Source: Nemertoderma westbladi (lineage: Eukaryota > Animalia > Xenacoelomorpha). From it: 64,000 nt of DNA. The stretch covers positions 1 through 64,000 of the forward strand of contig JAUCBJ010000375.1 of NCBI GenBank assembly GCA_032718475.1, given 5' to 3'. Positions 19,701 to 34,700 of this stretch are shown here, piece by piece; positions within the stretch are counted from its first letter, which is position 1; each line of letters opens with the position of its first letter. The translations under genes and the position numbers were made by a program. Under the pieces are notes generated by a model, which saw nothing but the letters and a program-made list of their open reading frames with translations, had not been told where the DNA came from and made no database searches.

Positions 19701-22700
19701 AAATTAAGGCCCTCCCTTGTAAGGCTCAGCACATACACCCATTAAAATAAATTAAGTCCTGTCCCTTGTAAGGCTCAGCACATACACCCATTAAAATAAA
19801 TTAAGTCCTGTCCCTTGTAAGGCTCAGCACATACACCCATTAAAATAAATTAAGTCCTGTCCCTTGTAAGGCTCAGCACATACACCCATTAAAATAAATT
19901 AAGTCCTGTCCCTTGTAAGGCTCAGCACATACACCCATTAAAATAAATTAAGTCCTGCCCGTGTAAGGCTCAGCATGTACACCCATTAAAATAAATTAAG
20001 GCCCTCCCTTGTAAGGCTCAGCACATACACCCATTAAAATAAATTAAGTCCTGCCCGTGAAAGGCTCAGCACATGCACACACCCATTAATATAAATTAAG
20101 GCCCTCCCTTGTAAGGCTCAGCATGTACACCCCTTAAAATAAATTAAGGCCCTCCCTTGTAAGGCTCAGCACATACACCCATTAAAATAAATTAAGTCCT
20201 GTCCCTTGTAAGGCTCAGCAGATACACCCATTAAAATAAATTAAGTCCTGGCCGTGAAAGGCTCAGCACATACACCCATTAAAATAAATTAAGTCCTGCC
20301 CGTGTAAGGCTCAGCATGTACACCCATTAAAATACATTAAGGCCCTCCCTTGTAAGGCTCAGCATGTACACCCATTAAAATAAATTAAGGCCCTTCCTTG
20401 TAAGGCTCAGCATGTAGACCCATTAAAATGAATTAAGTCCTGCCCGTGAAAGGCTCAGCACATACACACACCCATTAAAATAAATTAAGTCCTGCCCGTG
20501 TAAGGCTCAACATGTACACCCATTAAAATAAATTAAGGCCCTCCCTTGTAAGGCTCAGCACATACACCCATTAAAATAAATTAAGGCCCTCCCTTGTAAG
20601 GCTCAGCATGTACACCCATTAAAATAAATTAAGGCCCTCCCTTGTAAGGCTCAGCATGTACACCCATTAAAATAAATTAAGGTCCTCCCTTGTAAGGCTC
20701 AGCATGTACACCCATTAAAATAAATTAAGGCCCTCCCTTGTAAAGCTCAGCATGTACACCCATTAAAATAAATTAAGGTCCTCCCTTGTAAGGCTCAGGA
20801 TGTACACCCATTCAAATAAATTAAGGCCCTCCCTTGTAAGGCTCAGCATGTACACCCATTAAAATAAATTAAGGCCCTCCCTTGTAAAGCTCAGCATGTA
20901 CACCCATTAAAATAAATTAAGGTCCTCCCTTGTAAGGCTCAGCATGTACACCCATTAAAATAAATTAAGGTCCTCCCTTGTAAAGCTCAGCATGTACACC
21001 CATTAAAATAAATTAAGGTCCTCCCTTGTAAGGCTCAGCATGTACACCCATTAAAATAAATTAAGGCCCTCCCTTGTAAAGCTCAGCATGTACACCCATT
21101 AAAATAAATTAAGGTCCTCCCTTGTAAGGCTCAGCATGTACACCCATTAAAATAAATTAAGGCCCTCCCTTGTAAAGCTCAGCATGTACACCCATTAAAA
21201 TAAATTAAGGTCCTCCCTTGTAAGGCTCAGCATGTACACCCATTAAAATAAATTAAGGCCCTCCCTTGTAAAGCTCAGCATGTACACCCATTAAAATAAA
21301 TTAAGGTCCTCCCTTGTAAGGCTCAGGATGTACACCCATTCAAATAAATTAAGGCCCTCCCTTGTAAGGCTCAGCATGTACACCCATTAAAATAAATTAA
21401 GGTCCTCCCTTGTAAGGCTCAGCATGTACACCCATTAAAATAAATTAAGGCCCTCCCTTGTAAGGCTCAGGATGTACACCAATTCAAATAAATTAAGACC
21501 TACCCATGTAAGGCTCAGCATGTACACCCATTAAATAAATTAAGGCCCTCCCTTGTAAGGCTCAGCAGATACACCCATTAAAATAAATTAAGTCCTGCCC
21601 GTGTAAGGCTCAGCACATACACCCATTAAAATAAATTAAGGCCCTCCCTTGTAAGGCTCAGCAGATACACCCATTAAAATAAATTAAGTCCTGCCCCTGT
21701 AAGGCTCAGCACATACATCCATTAAAATAAATTAAGGTCCTCCCTTGTAAGGCTCAGGATGTACACCCATTCAAATAAATTAAGGCCCTCCCTTGTAAGG
21801 CTCAGCATGTACACCCATTAAAATAAATTAAGGTCCTCCCTTGTAAGGCTCAGCATGTACACCCATTAAAATAAATTAAGGCCCTCCCTTGTAAAGCTCA
21901 GCATGTACACCCATTAAAATAAATTAAGGTCCTCCCTTGTAAGGCTCAGCATGTACACCCATTAAAATAAATTAAGGCCCTCCCTTGTAAAGCTCAGCAT
22001 GTACACCCATTAAAATAAATTAAGGTCCTCCCTTGTAAGGCTCAGCATGTACACCCATTAAAATAAATTAAGGCCCTCCCTTGTAAGGCTCAGGATGTAC
22101 ACCAATTCAAATAAATTAAGACCTACCCATGTAAGGCTCAGCATGTACACCCATTAAATAAATTAAGGCCCTCCCTTGTAAGGCTCAGCAGATACATCCA
22201 TTAAAATAAATTAAGTCCTGCCCGTGTAAGGCTCAGCACACACACCCATTAAAATAAATTAAGTCCTGCCCGTGAAAGGCTCAGCACATTCACACACCCA
22301 TTAAAATAAATTAAGGCCCTCCCTTGTAAGGCTCAGCAGATACACCCATTAAAATAAATTAAGTCCTGCCCATGTAAGGCTCAGCACATACACCCATTAA
22401 AATAAATTAAGGCCTGCCCGTGTAAGGCTCAGCAGATACACCCATTAAAATAAATTAAGTCCTGCCCATGTAAGGCTCAGCACATACACCCATTAAAATA
22501 AATTAAGGCCCTCCCTTGTAAGGCTCAGCAGATACATCCATTAAAATAAATTAAGTCCTGCCCGTGTAAGGCTCAGCACACACACCCATTAAAATAAATT
22601 AAGTCCTGCCCGTGAAAGGCTCAGCACATTCACACACCCATTAAAATAAATTAAGGCCCTCCCTTGTAAGGCTCAGCAGATACACCCATTAAAATAAATT

Positions 22701-25700
22701 AAGTCCTGCCCATGTAAGGCTCAGCACATACACCCATTAAAATAAATTAAGGCCTGCCCGTGTAAGGCTCAGCACATACACCCATTAAAATAAATTAAGG
22801 CCCTCCCTTGTAAGGCTCAGCAGATACACCCATTAAAATAAATTAAGTCCTGCCCATGTAAGGCTCAGCACATACACCCATTAAAATAAATTAAGGCCTG
22901 CCCGTGTAAGGCTCAGCACATACACCCATTAATATAAATTAAGGCCCTCCCTTGTAAGGCTCAGCAGATACACCCATTAAAATAAATTAAGGCCTGCCCG
23001 TGTAAGGCTCAGCACATACACCCATTAAAATAAATTAAGGCCCTCCCTTGTAAGGCTCAGCAGATACACCCATTAAAATAAATTAAGTCCTGCCCATGTA
23101 AGGCTCAGCACATACACCCATTAAAATAAATTAAGGCCTGCCCGTGTAAGGCTCAGCACATACACCCATTAATATAAATTAAGGCCCTCCCTTGTAAGGC
23201 TCAGCAGATACACCCATTAAAATAAATTAAGTCCTGCCCATGTAAGGCTCAGCACATACACCCATTAAAATAAATTAAGGCCTGCCCGTGTAAGGCTCAG
23301 CACATACACCCATTAATATAAATTAAGGCCCTCCCTTGTAAGGCTCAGCAGATACACCCATTAAAATAAATTAAGTCCTGCCCATGTAAGGCTCACCAGA
23401 TACACCCATTAAAATATATTAAGGCCTGCCCGTGTAAGGCTCAGCACATACACCCATTAATATAAATTAAGTCCTGCCCGTGTAAGGCTCAGCACATACA
23501 CCCATTAAAATAAATTAAGGCCTGCCCGTGTAAGGCTCAGCAGATACACCCATTAAAATAAATTAAGGCCCTCCCTTGTAAGGCTCAGCAGATACACCCA
23601 TTAAAATAAATTAAGGCCTGCCCGTGTAAGGCTCAGCACATACACCCATTAATATAAATTAAGGCCCTCCCTTGTAAGGCTCAGCAGATACACCCATTAA
23701 AATAAATTAAGTCCTGCCCATGTAAGGCTCACCAGATACACCCATTAAAATATATTAAGGCCTGCCCGTGTAAGGCACAGCACATACACCCATTAAAATA
23801 TATTAAGGCCTGCCCGTGTAAGGCACAGCACATACACCCATTAAAATAAATTAAGTCCTGCCCGTGAAAGGCTCAGCACACACACCCATTAAAATAAATT
23901 AAGTCCTACCCGTGTAAGGCTCAGCACATACACCCATTAAAATAAATTAAGTCCTGCCCGTGAAAGGCTCAGCACATACACCCATTAAAATAAATTAAGT
24001 CCTGCCCGTGAAAGGCTCAGCACACACACCCATTAAAATAAATTAAGGCCTGCCCGTGTAAGGCTCAGCACATACACCCATTAAAATAAATTAAGTCCTG
24101 CCCGTGAAAGGCTCAGCACACACACCCATTAAAATAAATTAAGGCCTGCCCGTGTAAGGCTCAGCACATACACCCATTAATATAAATTAAGGCCCTCCCT
24201 TGTAAGGCTCAGCAGATACACCCATTAAAATAAATTAAGTCCTGCCCATGTAAGGCTCACCAGATACACCCATTAAAATATATTAAGTCCTACCCGTGTA
24301 AGGCTCAGCACATACACCCATTAAAATAAATTAAGGCCTGCCCGTGTAAGGCACAGCACATACACCCATTAAAATAAATTAAGGCCTGCCCGTGAAAGGC
24401 TCAGCACACACACCCATTAAAATAAATTAAGGCCTGCCCGTGAAAGGCTCAGCAGACACACCCATTAAAATAAATTAAGTCCTGCCCGTGAAAGGCTCAG
24501 CACATACACCCATTAATATAAATTAAGTCCTGCCCGTGTAAGGCTCAGCACATACACCCATTAAAATAAATTAAGTCCTGCCCGTGAAAGGCTCAGCACA
24601 CACACCCATTAAAATAAATTAAGGCCTGCCCGTGTAAGGCTCAGCAGATACACCCATTAAAATAAATTAAGTCCTACCCGTGTAAGGCTCAGCACATACA
24701 CCCATTAAAATAAATTAAGGCCTGCCCGTGAAAGGCTCAGCACACACACCCATTAAAATAAATTAAGTCCTACCCGTGTAAGGCTCAGCACATACACCCA
24801 TTAAAATAAATTAAGTCCTGCCCGTGAAAGGCTCAGCACACACACCCATTAAAATAAATTAAGTCCTACCCGTGTAAGGCTCAGCACATACACCCATTAA
24901 AATAAATTAAGGCCTGCCCGTGAAAGGCTCAGCACACACACCCATTAAAATAAATTAAGTCCTGCCCGTGAAAGGCTCAGCACACACACCCATTAAAATA
25001 AATTAAGGCCTGCCCGTGTAAGGCTCAGCACATACACCCATTAATATAAATTAAGTCCTGCCCGTGTAAGGCTCAGCAGATACACCCATTAAAATAAATT
25101 AAGTCCTACCCGTGTAAGGCTCAGCACATACACCCATTAAAATAAATTAAGTCCTGCCCGTGAAAGGCTCAGCACATACATCCATTAAAATAAATTAAGT
25201 CCTGCCCGTGTAAGGCACAGCACATACACCCATTAATATAAATTAAGTCCTGCCCGTGTAAGGCTCAGCACATACACCCATTAAAATAAATTAAGGCCTG
25301 CCCGTGAAAGGCTCAGCAGATACACCCATTAAAATAAATTAAGTCCTACCCGTGTAAGGCTCAGCACACACACCCATTAAAATAAATTAAGTCCTGCCCG
25401 TGTAAGGCTCAGCACATACACCCATTAAAATAAATTAAGGCCCTCCCTTGTAAGGCTCAGCAGATACACCCATTAAAATAAATTAAGTCCTACCCGTGTA
25501 AGGCTCAGCACATACACCCATTAAAATAAATTAAGTCCTGCCCGTGTAAGGCTCAGCACATACACCCATTAAAATAAATTAAGGCCCTCCCTTGTAAGGC
25601 TCAGCAGATACACCCATTAAAATAAATTAAGTCCTACCCGTGTAAGGCTCAGCACATACACCCATTAAAATAAATTAAGGCCTGCCCGTGTAAGGCTCAG

Positions 25701-28700
25701 CACATACACCCATTAAAATAAATTAAGTCCTGCCCGTGAAAGGCTCAGCACACACACCCATTAAAATAAATTAAGTCCTGCCCGTGTAAGGCTCAGCACA
25801 TACACCCATTAAAATAAATTAAGGCCCTCCCTTGTAAGGCTCAGCAGATACACCCATTAAAATAAATTAAGTCCTACCCGTGTAAGGCTCAGCACATACA
25901 CCCATTAAAATAAATTAAGGCCTGCCCGTGAAAGGCTCAGCAGATACACCCATTAAAATAAATTAAGTCCTACCCGTGTAAGGCTCAGCACATACACCCA
26001 TTAAAATAAATTAAGTCCTGCCCGTGAAAGGCTCAGCACACACACCCATTAAAATAAATTAAGTCCTACCCGTGTAAGGCTCAGCACATACACCCATTAA
26101 AATAAATTAAGGCCTGCCCGTGAAAGGCTCAGCACACACACCCATTAAAATAAATTAAGTCCTGCCCGTGAAAGGCTCAGCACATACACCCATTAAAATA
26201 AATTAAGGCCTGCCCGTGAAAGGCTCAGCACACACACCCATTAAAATAAATTAAGTCCTGCCCGTGAAAGGCTCAGCACACACACCCATTAAAATAAATT
26301 AAGTCCTGCCCGTGAAAGGCTCAGCACACACACCCATTAAAATAAATTAAGGCCTGCCCGTGTAAGGCTCAGCACATACACCCATTAATATAAATTAAGG
26401 CCCTCCCTTGTAAGGCTCAGCAGATACACCCATTAAAATAAATTAAGTCCTGCCCATGTAAGGCTCACCAGATACACCCATTAAAATATATTAAGGCCTG
26501 CCCGTGTAAGGCACAGCACATACACCCATTAATATAAATTAAGTCCTGCCCGTGTAAGGCTCAGCAGATACACCCATTAAAATAAATTAAGTCCTACCCG
26601 TGTAAGGCTCAGCACATACACCCATTAAAATAAATTAAGGCCTGCCCGTGAAAGGCTCAGCACACACACCCATTAAAATAAATTAAGTCCTGCCCGTGAA
26701 AGGCTCAGCACACACACCCATTAAAATAAATTAAGTCCTACCCGTGTAAGGCTCAGCACATACACCCATTAAAATAAATTAAGGCCTGCCCGTGAAAGGC
26801 TCAGCACACACACCCATTAAAATAAATTAAGTCCTGCCCGTGAAAGGCTCAGCACATACACCCATTAAAATAAATTAAGTCCTGCCCCTGTAAGGCACAG
26901 CACATACACCCATTAAAATAAATTAAGTCCTGCCCGTGAAAGGCTCAGCACATACACCCATTAAAATAAATTAAGTCCTACCCGTGTAAGGCTCAGCACA
27001 TACACCCATTAAAATAAATTAAGGCCCTCCCTTGTAAGGCTCAGCAGATACATCCATTAAAATAAATTAAGTCCTGCCCGTGAAAGGCTCAGCACACACA
27101 CCCATTAAAATAAATTAAGTCCTACCCGTGTAAGGCTCAGCACACACACCCATTAAAATAAATTAAGTCCTGCCCGTGAAAGGCTCAGCACACACACCCA
27201 TTAAAATAAATTAAGTCCTACCCGTGTAAGGCTCAGCACATACACCCATTAAAATAAATTAAGGCCTGCCCGTGAAAGGCTCAGCACACACACCCATTAA
27301 AATAAATTAAGTCCTGCCCGTGAAAGGCTCAGCACACACACCCATTAAAATAAATTAAGTCCTACCCGTGTAAGGCTCAGCACATACACCCATTAAAATA
27401 AATTAAGGCCCTCCCTTGTAAGGCTCAGCAGATACATCCATTAAAATAAATTAAGTCCTGCCCGTGAAAGGCTCAGCACACACACCCATTAAAATAAATT
27501 AAGTCCTACCCGTGTAAGGCTCAGCACATACACCCATTAAAATAAATTAAGGCCTGCCCGTGAAAGGCTCAGCACACACACCCATTAAAATAAATTAAGT
27601 CCTGCCCGTGAAAGGCTCAGCACACACACCCATTAAAATAAATTAAGTCCTACCCGTGTAAGGCTCAGCACATACACCCATTAAAATAAATTAAGGCCCT
27701 CCCTTGTAAGGCTCAGCACACACACCCATTAAAATAAATTAAGTCCTGCCCGTGAAAGGCTCAGCACATACACCCATTAAAATAAATTAAGGCCCTCCCT
27801 TGTAAGGCTCAGCAGATACATCCATTAAAATAAATTAAGTCCTGCCCGTGTAAGGCTCAGCACATACACCCATTAAAATAAATTAAGGCCCTCCCTTGTA
27901 AGGCTCAGCAGACACACCCATTAAAATAAATTAAGTCCTGCCCATGTAAGGCTCAGCAGATACACCCATTAAAATAAATTAAGTCCTGCCCGTGTAAGGC
28001 TCAGCACATACACCCATTAAAATAAATTAAGGCCCTCCCTTGTAAGGCTCAGCAGATACATCCATTAAAATAAATTAAGTCCTGCCCGTGTAAGGCTCAG
28101 CACATACACCCATTAATATAAATTAAGGCCCTCCCTTGTAAGGCTCAGCAGATACATCCATTAAAATAAATTAAGTCCTGCCCGTGTAAGGCTCAGCATG
28201 TACACCCCTTAAAATAAATTAAGGCCCTCCCTTGTAAGGCTCAGCACATACACCCATTAATATAAATTAAGTCCTGCCCCTGTAAGGCTCAGCAGATACA
28301 TCCATTAAAATAAATTAAGTCCTGCCCGTGTAAGGCTCAGCACATACACCCATTAATATAAATTAAGGCCCTCCCTTGTAAGGCACAGCACATACACCCA
28401 TTAAAATAAATTAAGGCCCTCCCTTGTAAGGCTCAGCAGATACATCCATTAAAATAAATTAAGTCCTGCCCGTGTAAGGCTCAGCATGTACACCCCTTAA
28501 AATAAATTAAGGCCCTCCCTTGTAAGGCTCAGCACATACACCCATTAAAATAAATTAAGGCCCTCCCTTGTAAGGCTCAGCAGATACATCCATTAAAATA
28601 AATTAAGTCCTGCCCGTGTAAGGCTCAGCACATACACCCATTAATATAAATTAAGGCCCTCCCTTGTAAGGCTCAGCACATACACCCATTAATATAAATT

Positions 28701-31700
28701 AAGGCCCTCCCCTGTAAGGCTCAGCAGATACATCCATTAAAATAAATTAAGTCCTGCCCATGTAAGGCTCAGCACATACACCCATTAATATAAATTAAGG
28801 CCCTCCCTTGTAAGGCTCAGCACATACACCCATTAAAATAAATTAAGGCCCTCCCTTGTAAGGCTCAGCAGATACACCCATTAAAATAAATTAAGTCCTA
28901 CCCGTGTAAGGCTCAGCACATACACCCATTAAAATAAATTAAGTCCTACCCGTGTAAGGCTCAGCACATACACCCATTAATATAAATTAAGGCCCTCCCT
29001 TGTAAGGCTCAGCAGATACATCCATTAAAATAAATTAAGTCCTGCCCGTGAAAGGCTCAGCACACACACCCATTAAAATAAATTAAGTCCTACCCGTGTA
29101 AGGCTCAGCACATACACCCATTAATATAAATTAAGGCCCTCCCTTGTAAGGCTCAGCAGATACATCCATTAAAATAAATTAAGTCCTGCCCATGTAAGGC
29201 TCAGCACATACACCCATTAAAATAAATTAAGGCCCTCCCTTGTAAGGCTCAGCAGATACACCCATTAAAATAAATTAAGTCCTACCCGTGTAAGGCTCAG
29301 CACATACACCCATTAAAATAAATTAAGGCCCTCCCTTGTAAGGCTCAGCAGATACACCCATTAAAATAAATTAAGTCCTGCCCATGTAAGGCTCAGCACA
29401 TACATACATTAAAATAAATTAAGGCCTGCCCGTGTAAGGCTCAGCACATACATCCATTAAAATAAATTAAGTCCTGCCCATGTAAGGCTCAGCACATACA
29501 TACATTAAAATAAATTAAGTCCTACCCGTGTAAGGCTCAGCACATACACCCATTAAAATAAATTAAGGCCCTCCCTTGTAAGGCTCAGCAGATACACCCA
29601 TTAAAATAAATTAAGTCCTGCCCATGTAAGGCTCAGCACATACATACATTAAAATAAATTAAGGCCTGCCCGTGTAAGGCTCAGCACATACACCCATTAA
29701 AATAAATTAAGGCCCTCCCTTGTAAGGCTCAGCAGATACACCCATTAAAATAAATTAAGTCCTGCCCATGTAAGGCTCAGCACATACATACATTAAAATA
29801 AATTAAGTCCTGCCCGTGTAAGGCTCAGCACATACACCCATTAAAATAAATTAAGTCCTGCCCATGTAAGGCTCAGCACATACATACATTAAAATAAATT
29901 AAGGCCTGCCCGTGTAAGGCTCAGCACATACACCCATTAAAATAAATTAAGGCCCTCCCTTGTAAGGCTCAGCAGATACACCCATTAAAATAAATTAAGT
30001 CCTGCCCATGTAAGGCTCAGCACATACATACATTAAAATAAATTAAGTCCTGCCCATGTAAGGCTCAGCACATACATACATTAAAATAAATTAAGTCCTG
30101 CCCGTGTAAGGCTCAGCAGATACACCCATTAATATAAATTAAGTCCTGTCCGTGTAAGGCTCAGCACATACACCCATTAAAATAAATTAAGTCCTGCCCG
30201 TGTAAGGCTCAGCAGATACACCCATTAATATAAATTAAGTCCTGCCCGTGTAAGGCTCAGCAGATACATCCATTAAAATAAATTAAGTCCTGCCCGTGTA
30301 AGGCTCAGCACATACACCCATTAAAATAAATTAAGTCCTGCCCGTGTAAGGCTCAGCAGATACATCCATTAAAATAAATTAAGTCCTGCCCGTGTAAGGC
30401 TCAGCAGATACATCCATTAAAATAAATTAAGTCCTGCCCATGTAAGGCTCAGCACATACACCCATTAAAATAAATTAAGGCCCTCCCTTGTAAGGCTCAG
30501 CAGATACACCCATTAAAATAAATTAAGTCCTGCCCATGTAAGGCTCAGCACATACACCCATTAAAATAAATTAAGGCCTGCCCGTGTAAGGCACAGCACA
30601 TACACCCATTAAAATAAATTAAGTCCTGCCCATGTAAGGCTCAGCACATACATACATTAAAATAAATTAAGGCCCTCCCTTGTAAGGCTCAGCACATACA
30701 TACATTAAAATAAATTAAGGCCTGCCCGTGTAAGGCACAGCACATACACCCATTAAAATAAATTAAGTCCTGCCCCTGTAAGGCTCAGCACATACACCCA
30801 TTAAAATAAATTAAGTCCTGCCCATGTAAGGCACAGCACATACACCCATTAAAATAAATTAAGTCCTGCCCGTGTAAGGCACAGCACATACACCCATTAA
30901 AATAAATTAAGTCCTGCCCCTGTAAGGCTCAGCACATACACCCATTAAAATAAATTAAGTCCTGCCCATGTAAGGCACAGCACATACACCCATTAAAATA
31001 AATTAAGTCCTGCCCATGTAAGGCTCAGCACATACATACATTAAAATAAATTAAGGCCCTCCCTTGTAAGGCTCAGCACATACATACATTAAAATAAATT
31101 AAGTCCTGCCCGTGTAAGGCTCAGCACATACATCCATTAATATAAATTAAGTCCTGCCCATGTAAGGCTCAGCAAATACACCCATTAAAATAAATTAAGT
31201 CCTGCCCGTGTAAGGCACAGCACATACACCCATTAAAATAAATTAAGGCCCTCCCTTGTAAGGCTCAGCACATACACCCATTAAAATAAATTAAGGCCCT
31301 CCCTTGTAAGGCTCAGCACATACACCCATTAAAATAAATTAAGGCCTGCCCGTGTAAGGCTCAGCACATACACCCATTAAAATAAATTAAGTCCTGCCCA
31401 TGTAAGGCACAGCACATACATCCATTAATATAAATTAAGGCCTGCCCGTGTAAGGCTCAGCACATTCACACACCCATTAAAATAAATTAAGTCCTGCCCA
31501 TGTAAGGCTCAGCACATACACCCATTAATATAAATTAAGTCCTGTCCGTGTAAGGCTCAGCACATACACCCATTAAAATAAATTAAGTCCTGCCCCTGTA
31601 AGGCTCAGCACATACACCCATTAAAATAAATTAAGTCCTGCCCGTGTAAGGCTCAGCACATACACCCATTAAAATAAATTAAGTCCTGCCCGTGTAAGGC

Positions 31701-34700
31701 TCAGCACATACACCCATTAAAATAAATTAAGTCCTGCCCCTGTAAGGCTCAGCACATACACCCATTAATATAAATTAAGTCCTGTCCGTGTAAGGCTCAG
31801 CACATACACCCATTAATATAAATGAAGGCCTGCCCCTGTAAGGCTCAGCACATACACCCATTAAAATAAATTAAGTCCTGCCCGTGTAAGGCTCAGCACA
31901 TACACCCATTAAAATAAATTAAGTCCTGCCCGTGTAAGGCTCAGCACATACACCCATTAAAATAAATTAAGTCCTGCCCCTGTAAGGCTCAGCACATACA
32001 CCCATTAAAATAAATTAAGTCCTGTCCCTGTAAGGCTCAGCACATACACCCATTAAAATAAATTAAGTCCTGCCCCTGTAAGGCTCAGCACATTCACACA
32101 CCCATTAAAATAAATTAAGTCCTGCCCCTGTAAGGCTCAGCACATACACCCATTAAAATAAATTAAGTCCTGCCCGTGTAAGGCTCAGCACATACACCCA
32201 TTAAAATAAATTAAGTCCTGCCCGTGTAAGGCTCAGCACATACACCCATTAAAATAAATTAAGTCCTGCCCGTGTAAGGCACAGCACATACACCCATTAA
32301 AATAAATTAAGGCCCTCCCTTGTAAGGCTCAGCAGATACACCCATTAAAATAAATTAAGTCCTGCCCGTGTAAGGCTCAGCACATACACCCATTAAAATA
32401 AATTAAGTCCTGCCCGTGTAAGGCACAGCACATACACCCATTAAAATAAATTAAGGCCTGCCCATGTAAGGCACAGCACATACACCCATTAAAATAAATT
32501 AAGTCCTGCCCGTGTAAGGCACAGCACATACACCCATTAAAATAAATTAAGGCCCTCCCTTGTAAGGCTCAGCAGATACACCCATTAAAATAAATTAAGT
32601 CCTGCCCATGTAAGGCACAGCACATACACCCATTAAAATAAATTAAGGCCCTCCCTTGTAAGGCTCAGCAGATACACCCATTAAAATAAATTAAGTCCTG
32701 CCCATGTAAGGCACAGCACATACACCCATTAAAATAAATTAAGGCCTGCCCGTGTAAGGCTCAGCACATACACCCATTAAAATAAATGAAGGCCTGCCCC
32801 TGTAAGGCTCAGCACATACACCCATTAAAATAAATTAAGGCCCTCCCTTGTAAGGCTCAGCAGATACACCCATTAAAATAAATTAAGTCCTGCCCGTGTA
32901 AGGCTCAGCACATACACCCATTAAAATAAATTAAGTCCTGCCCGTGTAAGGCACAGCACATACACCCATTAAAATAAATTAAGGCCTGCCCATGTAAGGC
33001 ACAGCACATACACCCATTAAAATAAATTAAGTCCTGCCCGTGTAAGGCACAGCACATACACCCATTAAAATAAATTAAGTCCTGCCCGTGTAAGGCACAG
33101 CACATACACCCATTAAAATAAATTAAGGCCCTCCCTTGTAAGGCTCAGCAGATACACCCATTAAAATAAATTAAGTCCTGCCCGTGTAAGGCTCAGCACA
33201 TACACCCATTAAAATAAATTAAGTCCTGCCCGTGTAAGGCACAGCACATACACCCATTAAAATAAATTAAGGCCTGCCCATGTAAGGCACAGCACATACA
33301 CCCATTAAAATAAATTAAGTCCTGCCCGTGTAAGGCACAGCACATACACCCATTAAAATAAATTAAGGCCCTCCCTTGTAAGGCTCAGCAGATACACCCA
33401 TTAAAATAAATTAAGTCCTGCCCATGTAAGGCACAGCACATACACCCATTAAAATAAATTAAGGCCCTCCCTTGTAAGGCTCAGCAGATACACCCATTAA
33501 AATAAATTAAGTCCTGCCCATGTAAGGCACAGCACATACACCCATTAAAATAAATTAAGGCCTGCCCATGTAAGGCACAGCAGATACACCCATTAAAATA
33601 AATTAAGTCCTGCCCGTGTAAGGCTCAGCACATACACCCATTAAAATAAATTAAGTCCTGCCCGTGTAAGGCTCAGCATGTACACCCATTAAAATAAATT
33701 AAGGCCTGCCCATGTAAGGCACAGCACATACACCCATTAAAATAAATTAAGTCCTGCCCGTGTAAGGCACAGCACATACACCCATTAAAATAAATTAAGG
33801 CCCTCCCTTGTAAGGCTCAGCAGATACACCCATTAAAATAAATTAAGTCCTGCCCATGTAAGGCACAGCACATACACCCATTAAAATAAATTAAGGCCTG
33901 CCCATGTAAGGCACAGCAGATACACCCATTAAAATAAATTAAGTCCTGCCCGTGTAAGGCTCAGCACATACATACATTAAAATAAATTAAGGCCTGCCCG
34001 TGTAAGGCACAGCACATACATCCATTAAAATAAATTAAGGCCCTCCCTTGTAAGGCTCAGCAGATACACCCATTAAAATAAATTAAGTCCTGCCCGTGTA
34101 AGGCACAGCACATACACCCATTAAAATAAATTAAGGCCCTCCCTTGTAAGGCTCAGCAGATACACCCATTAAAATAAATTAAGTCCTGCCCGTGTAAGGC
34201 ACAGCACATACACCCATTAAAATAAATTAAGGCCCTCCCTTGTAAGGCTCAGCAGATACACCCATTAAAATAAATTAAGTCCTGCCCATGTAAGGCACAG
34301 CACATACACCCATTAAAATAAATTAAGGCCTGCCCATGTAAGGCACAGCAGATACACCCATTAAAATAAATTAAGTCCTGCCCATGTAAGGCACAGCACA
34401 TACACCCATTAAAATAAATTAAGGCCTGCCCATGTAAGGCACAGCAGATACACCCATTAAAATAAATTAAGTCCTGCCCGTGTAAGGCTCAGCACATACA
34501 CCCATTAAAATAAATTAAGTCCTGCCCGTGTAAGGCACAGCACATACACCCATTAATATAAATTAAGTCCTGCCCGTGTAAGGCTCAGTACATACACCCA
34601 TTAAAATAAATTAAGGCCTGCCCATGTAAGGCACAGCACATACACCCATTAAAATAAATTAAGGCCTGCCCATGTAAGGCACAGCAGATACACCCATTAA

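Noticed and set aside
32905-33105. Repetitive ORF MCCALHGQDLIYFNG on the minus strand
   Set aside because: By-product of the 48-bp (16-codon) unit where the CACAG variant removes a TGA stop in a few consecutive monomers.
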